The notes beneath the pieces were generated by a model. That model worked only from the letters and a program-made list of their open reading frames with translations. It had not been told where the DNA came from and searched no databases. A stretch of 63,907 bases of DNA, counting the filler, from Aduncisulcus paluster (Eukaryota), in the NCBI GenBank assembly GCA_024181965.1. It is 8 parts of 8 records of this genome, joined end to end, with 100 filler letters (N's around TTAATTAATTAA, not from the genome) between each part and the next. Parts side by side here need not be neighbours in the genome. Positions count along the whole stretch, not along the records: positions 21,255 to 39,906 come from BQXS01011061.1; 7 more parts are not named here. The stretch is one strand, 5' to 3'. This document shows, in pieces, positions 21,256 to 31,184 of this stretch; the stretch's first letter is position 1, and the number at the start of each line of letters is the position of its first letter. The translations under genes and the position numbers were made by a program.

Positions 21256-22860
21256 TATGCTGATTCTGGATCTGACCAAACCTCAATCGGAGATATTTCC
21301 ATTACCTTCAACTCAGGTATTTTTACATTAATGGAAGAATTGGGACTCACTCCATTCCAGTTTGAGAGCATTATTACGTCTAAAGATGCCTTTCATCAGA
21401 AATTAGTTGCTTTGATAAACATAGACATCGAGGAACGCAAGTTCAAAGCGAGAGAATCTGTCCTTTTGGGTCCCCCAGAGTATCCTTCAATCGAATCAAT
21501 GATCTCACAGCACAAGGCATCAACAATGGTACAACATTCTTCCCCGCTGACACCGAGTCGTCATCGCCAGGTGTCTGATGGGAATGCTTATGGTGCTTTC
21601 GACGATCTATCCTCTGAAACTAGTCTTTCTCATTCAATCCACTCAATTATCCCGACTGCTCCACCACTTGTCACCATTACAGGTCTGGACATCGATGGTG
21701 ATCAGGCTATTGGCATTGAAAATTCAAATCAAGATGGTATTCCTCTCCCACATCGTGTGATTGGTGATGGCACTCAAACTGAATATAATGAGTCGTATGA
21801 TGCTATTGATCCCGAGGAACATCCAATGTTTGGCCAGGGATATGTAAATAATGCCACCTTTCATTCGTCATGGTATCCTGTTTCTCTGAAACAAAAATTT
21901 AAATATATATATTACAATGGATCTCCTCCTCTTCACCCATCGGATTCATTCAAACAATTATTAATATCGCTCGTTATTTATCTTCCTTTCGCTTTATATA
22001 TGTTAATCGCTTGCTTAATTGTTGGACGTGATGCCCTTCGTGAGGCTCCTTACATTCCTTCACAATTCTGGCAGACACACTCCTATCCTTTCTTACCAGA
22101 GAAATTATTCTTTGAGAAAAGATTCCAACTATGGTTTATTGGAGCCGGATGTGGTGCCATACTGCTGCTCTTTAATCATTACAAATCCATTGGACGAGTT
22201 CCAGTTAAAATGAACGAATGTCTTCCTTTCATTCAGGTTGTTTTCTGGTGCATTGAGATGGGCATATGGATAGTTGGAATGTTTGCTGGTTTCCTTGGTT
22301 GTATGGGGTGTCTGTTGTATAATGTTAAAGCTGGAAATTGGATGGTTCACATGTTTTTTGGCCCTGTTCGTATCTGTGTTCAGATTATCCTTAATATTGT
22401 TTCTTACGGAGTTCAGGCTCTGCTGTGTAAATTATGTCCCAGTGGGCTTAGTTACCGTGTGATTGGATGTGTCTTTACAACTCTCATTCATTATGGCATG
22501 TCTCTTCTTGTGTATTACCTTCTAAACACTCTGATCCTCGACAATTTCATATTCACAAAGAATACTGCGGTTTCATCATCTGATACCTCTGATTCCATGA
22601 TGTATATGGTTGCTGGTTGGGGAGTCTACCATTTATTTATTTGTGAGTGGATATCGCCATTCTTGGAGAGTATTCCATTGGGATTTCGACTTGTTCAGAA
22701 CAAAAATGCCCCAGATCCACTATCTCGATCCTCTTACATTCGAAGATGTGCTCCATGGTTTATGGTTGCTCATTATTGTGCTCTTGATATGAATGGGGCC
22801 GTTATGCAGGTCTTTGGGACATATTTCCTCATATCATGTTGGGTTGATGAATCTGACTGA
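21256..22860 (+). CDS. multi-pass membrane protein of unknown family, probably 5' truncated
   Basis: Frame open from the contig start; about 6-7 hydrophobic segments in the C-terminal 300 aa. Confidence 0.7.
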   Translation, partial: YADSGSDQTSIGDISITFNSGIFTLMEELGLTPFQFESIITSKDAFHQKLVALINIDIEERKFKARESVLLGPPEYPSIESMISQHKASTMVQHSSPLTPSRHRQVSDGNAYGAFDDLSSETSLSHSIHSIIPTAPPLVTITGLDIDGDQAIGIENSNQDGIPLPHRVIGDGTQTEYNESYDAIDPEEHPMFGQGYVNNATFHSSWYPVSLKQKFKYIYYNGSPPLHPSDSFKQLLISLVIYLPFALYMLIACLIVGRDALREAPYIPSQFWQTHSYPFLPEKLFFEKRFQLWFIGAGCGAILLLFNHYKSIGRVPVKMNECLPFIQVVFWCIEMGIWIVGMFAGFLGCMGCLLYNVKAGNWMVHMFFGPVRICVQIILNIVSYGVQALLCKLCPSGLSYRVIGCVFTTLIHYGMSLLVYYLLNTLILDNFIFTKNTAVSSSDTSDSMMYMVAGWGVYHLFICEWISPFLESIPLGFRLVQNKNAPDPLSRSSYIRRCAPWFMVAHYCALDMNGAVMQVFGTYFLISCWVDESD

Positions 22861-23399
22861 TTAGTCAGCGATTTCTCAAATTGAGCATGAGAATTTCAAA
22901 TTAACACCTCATTCTGATTGTTTATTCTCGATATTATTCAATGATTTAGATCAAAAATCATCTTGTCGAAAACTTTTCCCTTTCTTGTCTCTCCGATTTC
23001 TCTACTGTTTTCTTACTTAACCCACACTCGAATGAGCAATATTTCAATGTGAATGGTTGAGCCGTGGGTCTCGAAAGTGTTATCTCATTAAATTTCATAA
23101 ATGTTTATCTATAAATTATAATAAATATTATTTCACATAAATAAATCTATAACTGTACAAAATAAAGTGAAAAATACCAAACTATTTTGTTTTTTAAGTC
23201 AAGAACCAGACCAAATCCTTGATATATTTTAAATTCAGTAGATCTATAGATCTAAATTTTTCAAACTCATGACAAATGATAAAATTTAATTAACAGTAAC
23301 AAAATAAAGGGAATTGATGAGAACTATACTATACTAATTGAAATATAAACGATGTTTGTTTCTTTCAGTGATTTGTTCTGAAATAGATCTTAGCTTGAA

Positions 23400-24107
23400 T
23401 TAGAGGTCGTACGAATCTGAAGAATCTGAAGAATCAGAAGAATCAGTAGAATGATAACTTCGAATTCTGCGAATGATTGAGGCCATCATTAACAACATTT
23501 GATCTTCTTGTTTAAGCATTTTGCCAAATTTTTCTGCCATTTTCCTTTTTTCTTTCACTAAATCGTAGTTAAAATCTCTAGAAGATTGCAAAACGGTGGA
23601 CAAGGCTTCATTTCCAGTCGACCCAGGATGGAGTTTTTCTTTGGCTTCACGTTCAGCTATTTCCTCAGGGGTCTCCCGACGAACGAATGTGAGCTGTCTT
23701 ATACTAAAACTTGGCCCTGTCCTTCCTTCACCTTCGATTTCACAGAGAACAACGTCATCCAGTTCAATGTTAAGGAAAAACCAGCGACGGCCTTTAAAAT
23801 CGGGAAAATCATACCTTTTTGACGATCTTTCTTTCAGTGAACTGGTGAAAGTAAGAATGAGATAAGCAGGAGGGTGTTCGGTACTCGATAGAAGCATATG
23901 AGCACCTTTCATATCTTTTGAAGTAAAAGGAATGGAGAGATACGTATATTTTTCTACTTTGCCATCTTTTGGAGGTTCTCCGGCGAGCATACGCCGGGCA
24001 TTTTCACTCATATCCCAGGGATCGCTGCTTTCTTCATCATCAGTATCATTCTTCTTTTTAGATTTAAAGTTCTTTGGCATAGGTGGCGGACGAAGCAATG
24101 AAGGCAT
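23400..24107 (-). CDS. lineage-specific hypothetical protein (expanded-family domain)
   Basis: Motif string YLSIPF..MKGA...LILTFTSS...SKRYDF....WFFLNIELDDVVLCEIEG resembles, from memory, a very large Aduncisulcus hypothetical-protein family; no function known. Confidence 0.65.
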   Translation of the reverse strand: MPSLLRPPPMPKNFKSKKKNDTDDEESSDPWDMSENARRMLAGEPPKDGKVEKYTYLSIPFTSKDMKGAHMLLSSTEHPPAYLILTFTSSLKERSSKRYDFPDFKGRRWFFLNIELDDVVLCEIEGEGRTGPSFSIRQLTFVRRETPEEIAEREAKEKLHPGSTGNEALSTVLQSSRDFNYDLVKEKRKMAEKFGKMLKQEDQMLLMMASIIRRIRSYHSTDSSDSSDSSDSYDL

Positions 24108-25041
24108 CGCTAAAGGTTTACAAGCACCTTTTTTGTGCCGTTTATCAGAAAATTTAATCTAGATACCCAATTTATGAACATGACATAAAATCATTCAAGG
24201 AGAATATTAAAGAAATAAAATGGATAAAATTTTCATGGTTACAATGATTTTGAAAACAAATATATGGAGAACATTGAAATAAACATACTTTTGGACTTCT
24301 ACTAGTTGAAATCATTTCCAGTCTGGGTATGGGCTTTTGAACCAAATTGAATAACCTAAAAAAAACTAAATAGAGTGAAATAAGGAAGAATTCTTCATTA
24401 TGAACATTGCCAAGAATCACAATCTCTTGCAATGAAAATAAATATATCAAATAAGAAAAATAATGGTCGTACACTATTGATATTTAAAGAAGCAATTAAA
24501 ATAGGCACTTTCAATATATTCTGTTTCAATGTTATTAGAGTCAAAAGCCTGTTTATGGATGATTTGTCATGATCTCTGAAGATGTCGGCTGCGCCTGTCA
24601 AAAACCGGTTTCTGGACTTTTAACAGACTCCATTTTGTCGGTAATTTACATAGAAATGGGCATAAATTTGTAATTTTTTTATCAAATTATATGAATTAAA
24701 CGTAAAATTATTGTCTATGACTCGAATAATATCCTATTTCTTATTTTGTGCTTTTCGGGATACTTGAGGAGAAATCTATTTGATTTAAGTTGATTTTATT
24801 GTTGTACCTTAATTTGTTATTTGTTTTCAGATAATTTCTTATTTTAAATTGCTTTTACCTCATATAATTTTTTCAAAAATTTTTTTTGAGGCGTCTTTGC
24901 TAAGATGTACTGGATAAAATAAATATAATATTTTTAAAAAAATATTCAGTTAATATTATTTTATCTTCAAATGCATCGATTTTGATCTTCATTTTTCAAC
25001 AACAAAACATTTTCCTCAATCAGCTCGGTTTTGGCAGACTA

Positions 25042-27736
25042 ATGGAAGACGATAACTTATTTTCCCTTCCTACGAGTGGTAAAGATTGGTTAAGGATTAA
25101 AAATTGCTTACTTTCATTCTTAAAACCCGAGGAACCTTTCCCTCGAACCATTCATGACGTTTTTCAGTTATTTTCAAGGCTCTCTGCAATTATTTCGCCC
25201 ACACACATGAGGTCTTCTGATTATTTTCAATTTGAAGGGATGTTACGGAAATCTGCTGAGAAAATAGCAAAGGAGTCTGGTCCTGGTCGATATTCTAAAC
25301 ATGTTGACGATATATTACTGGAAGCAGTCTCAATTGCAGCTAATAGTATTTTATTTTTGGAACATATGATACCTTCTCCAAAAATTTCCAATGGGAAAAT
25401 TGCTCGCCTTGGCCCTTCAAATAACATTGTTGTTGTGTCCAGAATGATGTGTTTGGCATTAAATTCGTGTGCTTTCTTTAATATCTTCCCAGATTCTAAT
25501 GACAATATGGCATTTGTGACCTCAATCGACTCAAAATGTGAAGGGTCAGAATTGTGTTGTTGTGGTTGCCATTCTTCCTCTCATCACCGTCCTCAAGTCC
25601 ATTATAATATTGAAAAGACTGCATGTATCCTCAATTATTTGCTTTTATGCGGAAAAGAGTGGGATAAGCTCGAAAACGAATATTTGTTGATGCTTTACCG
25701 TAAAGTTCCCAGCGTGTTGGTAGAAAGCATATGTATGGGCAAAGAAGTTCGTAAACCCGATGAAAAAGACACGGAATATGCAACTTTTGATCTTTCCAAA
25801 GATCTCATTGAAGATATTTCCCGCGACATTGACCAAGGCACAAAAGTTGATCAGTTTGATCAATCGGCAATTGAGGTCGTCTCAACTGATGTGTCTATGC
25901 TAGATGCAAAGACTAGAGCCAAATATAACGTGGGAGATTTTGCCAACCGTCATATTGGTGGGGGAGTTTTCAATCGTGGAAGTGTCCAAGAAGAAATTAT
26001 GTTCATGATCGCGCCAGATTTGTGCATTAGCAAATTATTGTGCGAAACTTTGGTTGATGATGATGCTGTGTGGGTCATTGGTGGAAAACCGGTATCAAAT
26101 TATACCGGCTACAGCCGTGAGTTCCAATACGCTGGCCGTTGTGCCACGCCAGCGAAATATGCTAAATTTGGCGGGTTTAGTGAGAAAAAGGCAAGTAAGC
26201 ACCGTATTGTCAAGACTCCCTTTTATGCTATAAATATTCTTGATGCGATTAACTTTGGCAAAGGTTCCCCTGTCCATGAACAAACCGAAGGAAGTAGCCT
26301 TCTCCGTGAGATTACAAAAGCAACTGCTTCTTTTCTGAGACCTTATCTCCCATGTATTTTTGATAGTATTGATTATTGTCTCAAGGGATCTCATCCGAAA
26401 AGGACTCATTCTTGCTGTGGTTGTGGTGAAGATCACGTCGAGGCCACTATTGTTGCTGTAAAATCTGAGAGATTCAAAGACAAAAAGAAGAAATTTGACA
26501 TTTCATCTTCTTTTGGCCATAATTTTTGTGAGAATCCCATGGTTTCAAGCAAAAAAAATCCCGAACTCACAAATTTAGAAATATTCGACCGATCCACTCC
26601 TTCTCACGATAAGAACGCCATCAGGTTGTTTAATTTGCCTATTATGGGCGGAAGATGGGGCTGTGGTGCCTTTGGGGGAGATCCTCAAGTGAAATCTGCC
26701 ATCCAAATGCTTGCCATTCAGATTGCTGGTGTGATAGAGAGAAAAAGACATGAATACTATGAGACCAAGAGCTATGATGATGAAAGTGGTGTTAATTTCG
26801 GAAAATATCCAAATTTTAATGTCTATACTCGCGGAAATCGTCTCACGCTCTCTCCTTATCAAGATAAAATGATGTTTTCTTCGATTGATATGTTCTTGCG
26901 TTCATCTTTATTCGGCAAATACAAGGATTTGTGCACCATTCCTTTTGTATATAAATGCACAAGGAAGATTGAAAGTGATTTGGTTACTTCTGTGACCAAA
27001 AAGTTGAAGATGGTGGAGAAAAAGAATAAGAAAAACAAGTTGATGGAGCAACTTACGAAAGACGAGGAGGAAAAAAGAGAGAAAGAGAAAAGAGAGAAAG
27101 AGAGATTGAAAGAAGAGGAGAGAGAAGAAGAGGAGAGAAAAAGGAGAGAAAAAAGGAAGAGAAAAAAGGAAGAGAAGGAAAAACGAGAAGCCGAAGAAAT
27201 GGAGAAGAGTGAGAAAGAGAAGAGAGAGAAAGAGAAAAGAGAGAGACGGTCGAGAAAGAAAGAATCGTCTGGAGANNNNNNNNNNNNNNNNNNNNGAAGA
27301 GGAGAGAGAAGAAGAGGAGAGAAAAAGGAGAGAAAAAAGGAAGAGAAAAAAGGAAGAGAAGGAAAAACGAGAAGCCGAAGAAATGGAGAAGAGGGAGAAA
27401 GAGAAGAGAGAGAAAGAGAAAAGAGAGAGACGGTCGAGAAAGAAAGAATCGTCTGGAGAAAAGGAAGACAAATTTAAATCACCTCACTCTGGCAAAAAAG
27501 GTAAAGACATCCATTATTCGGCATCTATTGACATTGATAGTAGTCGTGATCAGATTCTTGGGGAGGAGAGTTCCGACGATGATGATGAGCCAGTGATTCA
27601 TGGCAGTGGGAAGAAACATCACGATTCCAAAAAAAGGCAAGAAATTGCAAAACAGCAAGAAAGACCTTCGACAAAGGATGAAGAGGAATCTTCTGAATGT
27701 ATTTCCTATTCTCATGAATCTGATTTTAATGTTTAA
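25042..27736 (+). CDS. PARG: poly(ADP-ribose) glycohydrolase with K/E-rich tail (interrupted by a scaffold gap and overlap)
   Basis: PARG signature DFANRHIGGGVFNRGSVQEEIMF (GGG-x6-QEE), Tyr clasp YTGY and GRWGCGAFGGDPQVK. The reading frame reaches TAA at 27736 once the gap duplication is collapsed. Confidence 0.93.
27112..27459 (+). repeat. 164-nt direct duplication flanking a 20-N gap (uncollapsed overlap)
   Basis: 27112-27275 matches 27296-27459 with one T/G difference seen. Confidence 0.85.
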
Positions 27737-28140
27737 GAGAACTGTTTTGAGAAAATTTTTCACTCATGTTTATTGAGAATTTTCAGAATTCAAAGCTCAG
27801 ATATGGATCTTTTGATTACTACCACAAATGATAGAGAAAAAAGGAAGGTTTTAGAAGCTTCTAACTTGAGAAGTTTTTCAGAAAAATCCAGTATAAATCA
27901 CTTTAACGAATCGTCAACGACTCTGTTGGCCTTTCTAAGTCATTTTGAAATGACTCTTTTGCCACATTTTTGAGGACTTGATGTAATAAAATTCAGATCT
28001 GAAATGAAATGAAATTTGAACTTCAAATATTTGAATTGATTGTAATATGAAGACAGACAATTAGTGTTATTGAAGGAAGGGAAAAAAAAAAAAAAAAATC
28101 ATATTTTAAAAGTTGACGAGACAATTTTAAATAAGTAGAA

Positions 28141-30888
28141 TCAATGTTCTGATTCCAATATTTCAGATTCATCTACTTCCGATAATTCTTCTCTCATTCT
28201 TTTCTTTCCATTATCATCGGTAGATTTGAGGACAACACGGAATTGCTCATTCATAGAAGTTACAGATGTGGATAATTCTTTTAATTCTGCTTCATATCTC
28301 CTCCTTTGAGTCATTAACATTCTTTTAATAACAACAGAAACATTTCTCTTCATTTCTTCAATTTCAGATTCCATTTCTTCTTCATGTCTTTGTTGTAGTT
28401 CAGTTTTTTCCAGTTCAAGCTCAGCAATCTGCTTACGAAGAAGACCAGTTTGTTCTTCAAGTTCCAAAGAAAAGTTTTCCTCCATTTTACGCTGAGTTTC
28501 AGAACTAGTGAATTTCAAATCTGAAGCTTCTTTCTCAACTTTGACAGAAATAGATTTAAGCCGTCTTACTTCATCCTCGCTTGCTCTCCGTAAGTTTGTT
28601 TCCTTTTGTAAGGACGCGACTGTTTTTGAGAGAGATTGTTTTTTCGATGCAACATCTTTCTGAATAATGGCAATCTCTTTCTGCAATGAGCCAATTTCTT
28701 GACGATCTGAAGTGATATTATCTTCTAACGAAGAAATAGAACGCTTATAGGAATCAATCTGATCTTCTTTATCACGTAAATCGCTTGAGAGCTGGTCTTT
28801 TTCATTTGAAATCGTTACTAATTGTTCTTTTAACTCAACGAGTTCTGAGCGATGAGTCATTAAATCTCCTTTAATGCCATCCAATTCAGTAATTTTTAAT
28901 TTCCTTTCTTCAATTTCGGCGTCTTTTCTTGAAATTAATGTTTCAAGTTGAGCAAGATGGGCCTCGAGCTCTCCAATTTTAGTTTCAAGCTCACTAATTT
29001 GTGAATCCCGTTCGGTTAACTGGGTTCTCAGGGTTAATATTGCTGAATTAGACTCTTCAACATGTTTGGAATGCTCTTCCTGAAGAGTTCTCTCCTTTTT
29101 GGCGGCCTTTTGAGAAACTGAATCCATCTTGAGGGTTAACTCACGGCGAACTTCATCAAGCTGATCCTCGGAGCGTAATAAATTTGTCTTAACAGTTGAA
29201 TGCGACTCACGTTCATGTGATAACTGCTCCTTTATAGTTTCTATCAGATTTTCTAACTTTGTTTTCTCTCGAACATGACGATCCTTCATCGATTTAATCT
29301 CAAAAATAGAAGATTCGGATTCATTTTCCCTCATTTTTCGTTCAGTTTCCAGTGATTGTTCTAATTCTTGACATTTCAATTCAAATTCATGGACTTTCCC
29401 CCTCTCAGTTTCAAGAACTTTCATTCCTGCCGCATGGTCTCGTTTATACTGGTCTAATTGTGCTGAAAGAGAACCATTCTTTGCCGAAAGATCTTCGTAA
29501 CGTTCTTTTTCTCGCTTAAGATCATTTTCAAGCCGTTCATTCTGGAATGCTGCCTCAGCAACTGATTGTTGCAATTCAGAAATAACAGATAAGCGAGAGG
29601 ACAAAGATCCTTTATCAGCACGTAATTGCGCAATAGATGTTTCATATTCTGCTGATTGTGCCTTTTGTTGCTCTATCCTTTCATCAAGACGAGCCAAAGT
29701 CTCTTTCAACTCAGTATTCGTCATGTTTAGTTGTCGAATCTGTTCATCATATCCAGATCTTAACTCATCTTCACGTTCTGTGGCAGATGCAATTGCAGCT
29801 TCAACGGCTCGTTTCATGTCTTTCTGGGCTTCGGCATAACATTGGGTCTCTAAGGTCTGTAGTTTGCTCTCAAGAATCTTTCGGTGCGAATCCTTTGTGA
29901 TTGTATTCGCTAATACTCTGCCAAGTTTTTCTGACATGGTAATGGATCCATCAAACGCTATCTTTGGGTGTCTCTCAGAGCTGGGATCTTCAAGATGTTG
30001 CGTAAATGTATCATCAATTTGGCCACGAATAATTTCTAACTGACTTTCGAGATCTTTAATCACAATATCTTTCTTGTGAGAATCTTTCTCTGACCGGTTT
30101 TCAATTGTAGTAACGGCAATTTTCACTCGTTTTTCAACTTCTTTGGTGAAAACTTGTTTGACCTGGTCAATGTATGCTTTCTTCTTCTCAAGATCATCAG
30201 TTAATTCAGAAATTTTTCGTTTTTGTTCATAAACAGCTCTTTCATATTCGTTTGCCCGACCTAAGTTCTTGGCATTCTCTGAGGAGAGTGATTTGATTTC
30301 TTCTTCATGAGCAACAACAGAACGTTTCAATCTATCAATTTCACTATCTTTATCAGAAGTATCACGTCGATTATCACGTTTAAGGTCGATGATTTGCCTC
30401 TCAAGATCAGTAATTTGGTCTTTAAGGTGACTGATCTTTCCACCCGATTCCAATTGATCAGATCTACTAGCAAGTAAATGCTGCTCTTTAGCAATTAATT
30501 CAACTTTGGTTCGTTCAATTTCATCAACATAATGAAGGCATCTATCCTTCTCACTGTGAAATTTGGCTTCAAACTCAACAGCCCGAATTTTACAATCTTG
30601 TGCATATTTTTTAAGCCGAGAGATATAATCCTGAAACTCTTTTTCTCTTTCTCTCACTCTGTCAGACAAAATCTTGAATTTTTTTTGATATTCGCCCAAG
30701 AGTTCTGTCTTATTGCCATCGCTCGTTCTCCATGATGCCAATTCCTTTTTTAACATTTCTGCATGCTGATTTTCTGATGTCCGTGCAATTTTGCTTTTTT
30801 CTAAGGCAAGTTCGGTATCTTTCAATCGATCTTGTAAATTTTTGATTTCTATAAAGCAATCCATAATATCTCTGTCCATAACACTCAT
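28141..30888 (-). CDS. long coiled-coil protein (about 915 aa), possibly cytoskeletal or basal-body
   Basis: Near-continuous E/K/L heptads; no globular domain recognised. Confidence 0.8.
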   Translation of the reverse strand: MSVMDRDIMDCFIEIKNLQDRLKDTELALEKSKIARTSENQHAEMLKKELASWRTSDGNKTELLGEYQKKFKILSDRVREREKEFQDYISRLKKYAQDCKIRAVEFEAKFHSEKDRCLHYVDEIERTKVELIAKEQHLLASRSDQLESGGKISHLKDQITDLERQIIDLKRDNRRDTSDKDSEIDRLKRSVVAHEEEIKSLSSENAKNLGRANEYERAVYEQKRKISELTDDLEKKKAYIDQVKQVFTKEVEKRVKIAVTTIENRSEKDSHKKDIVIKDLESQLEIIRGQIDDTFTQHLEDPSSERHPKIAFDGSITMSEKLGRVLANTITKDSHRKILESKLQTLETQCYAEAQKDMKRAVEAAIASATEREDELRSGYDEQIRQLNMTNTELKETLARLDERIEQQKAQSAEYETSIAQLRADKGSLSSRLSVISELQQSVAEAAFQNERLENDLKREKERYEDLSAKNGSLSAQLDQYKRDHAAGMKVLETERGKVHEFELKCQELEQSLETERKMRENESESSIFEIKSMKDRHVREKTKLENLIETIKEQLSHERESHSTVKTNLLRSEDQLDEVRRELTLKMDSVSQKAAKKERTLQEEHSKHVEESNSAILTLRTQLTERDSQISELETKIGELEAHLAQLETLISRKDAEIEERKLKITELDGIKGDLMTHRSELVELKEQLVTISNEKDQLSSDLRDKEDQIDSYKRSISSLEDNITSDRQEIGSLQKEIAIIQKDVASKKQSLSKTVASLQKETNLRRASEDEVRRLKSISVKVEKEASDLKFTSSETQRKMEENFSLELEEQTGLLRKQIAELELEKTELQQRHEEEMESEIEEMKRNVSVVIKRMLMTQRRRYEAELKELSTSVTSMNEQFRVVLKSTDDNGKKRMREELSEVDESEILESEH

Positions 30889-31184
30889 GTTAAGATGAAA
30901 TAACAATATTATATAAAAAAATTATTTAATGGGTTCTATTTAGTGCAGAAATCAACATTTTAAATTCAAAAACATTATCAACGATGAAAAAATGAAATAT
31001 TGGAGCAAAAATAAATTATTAAGTATGCTTAAAAAGGAATCTTTGCATAAAATTTGAAAAATATCCACGAACAATATTGTAAAAGAAAAATTTCGAAAAT
31101 TTGAAAATCAGAACTTATTAAGGATAAGGTTCGAATATGTTTATTGTTTATATATGATTAAGATGCTAGGTGTAAGATATCCAA

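Noticed and set aside
27209-27736. Apparent frameshift or second ORF at the PARG 3' end
   Set aside because: Explained by the 164-nt overlap plus the 20-N gap.
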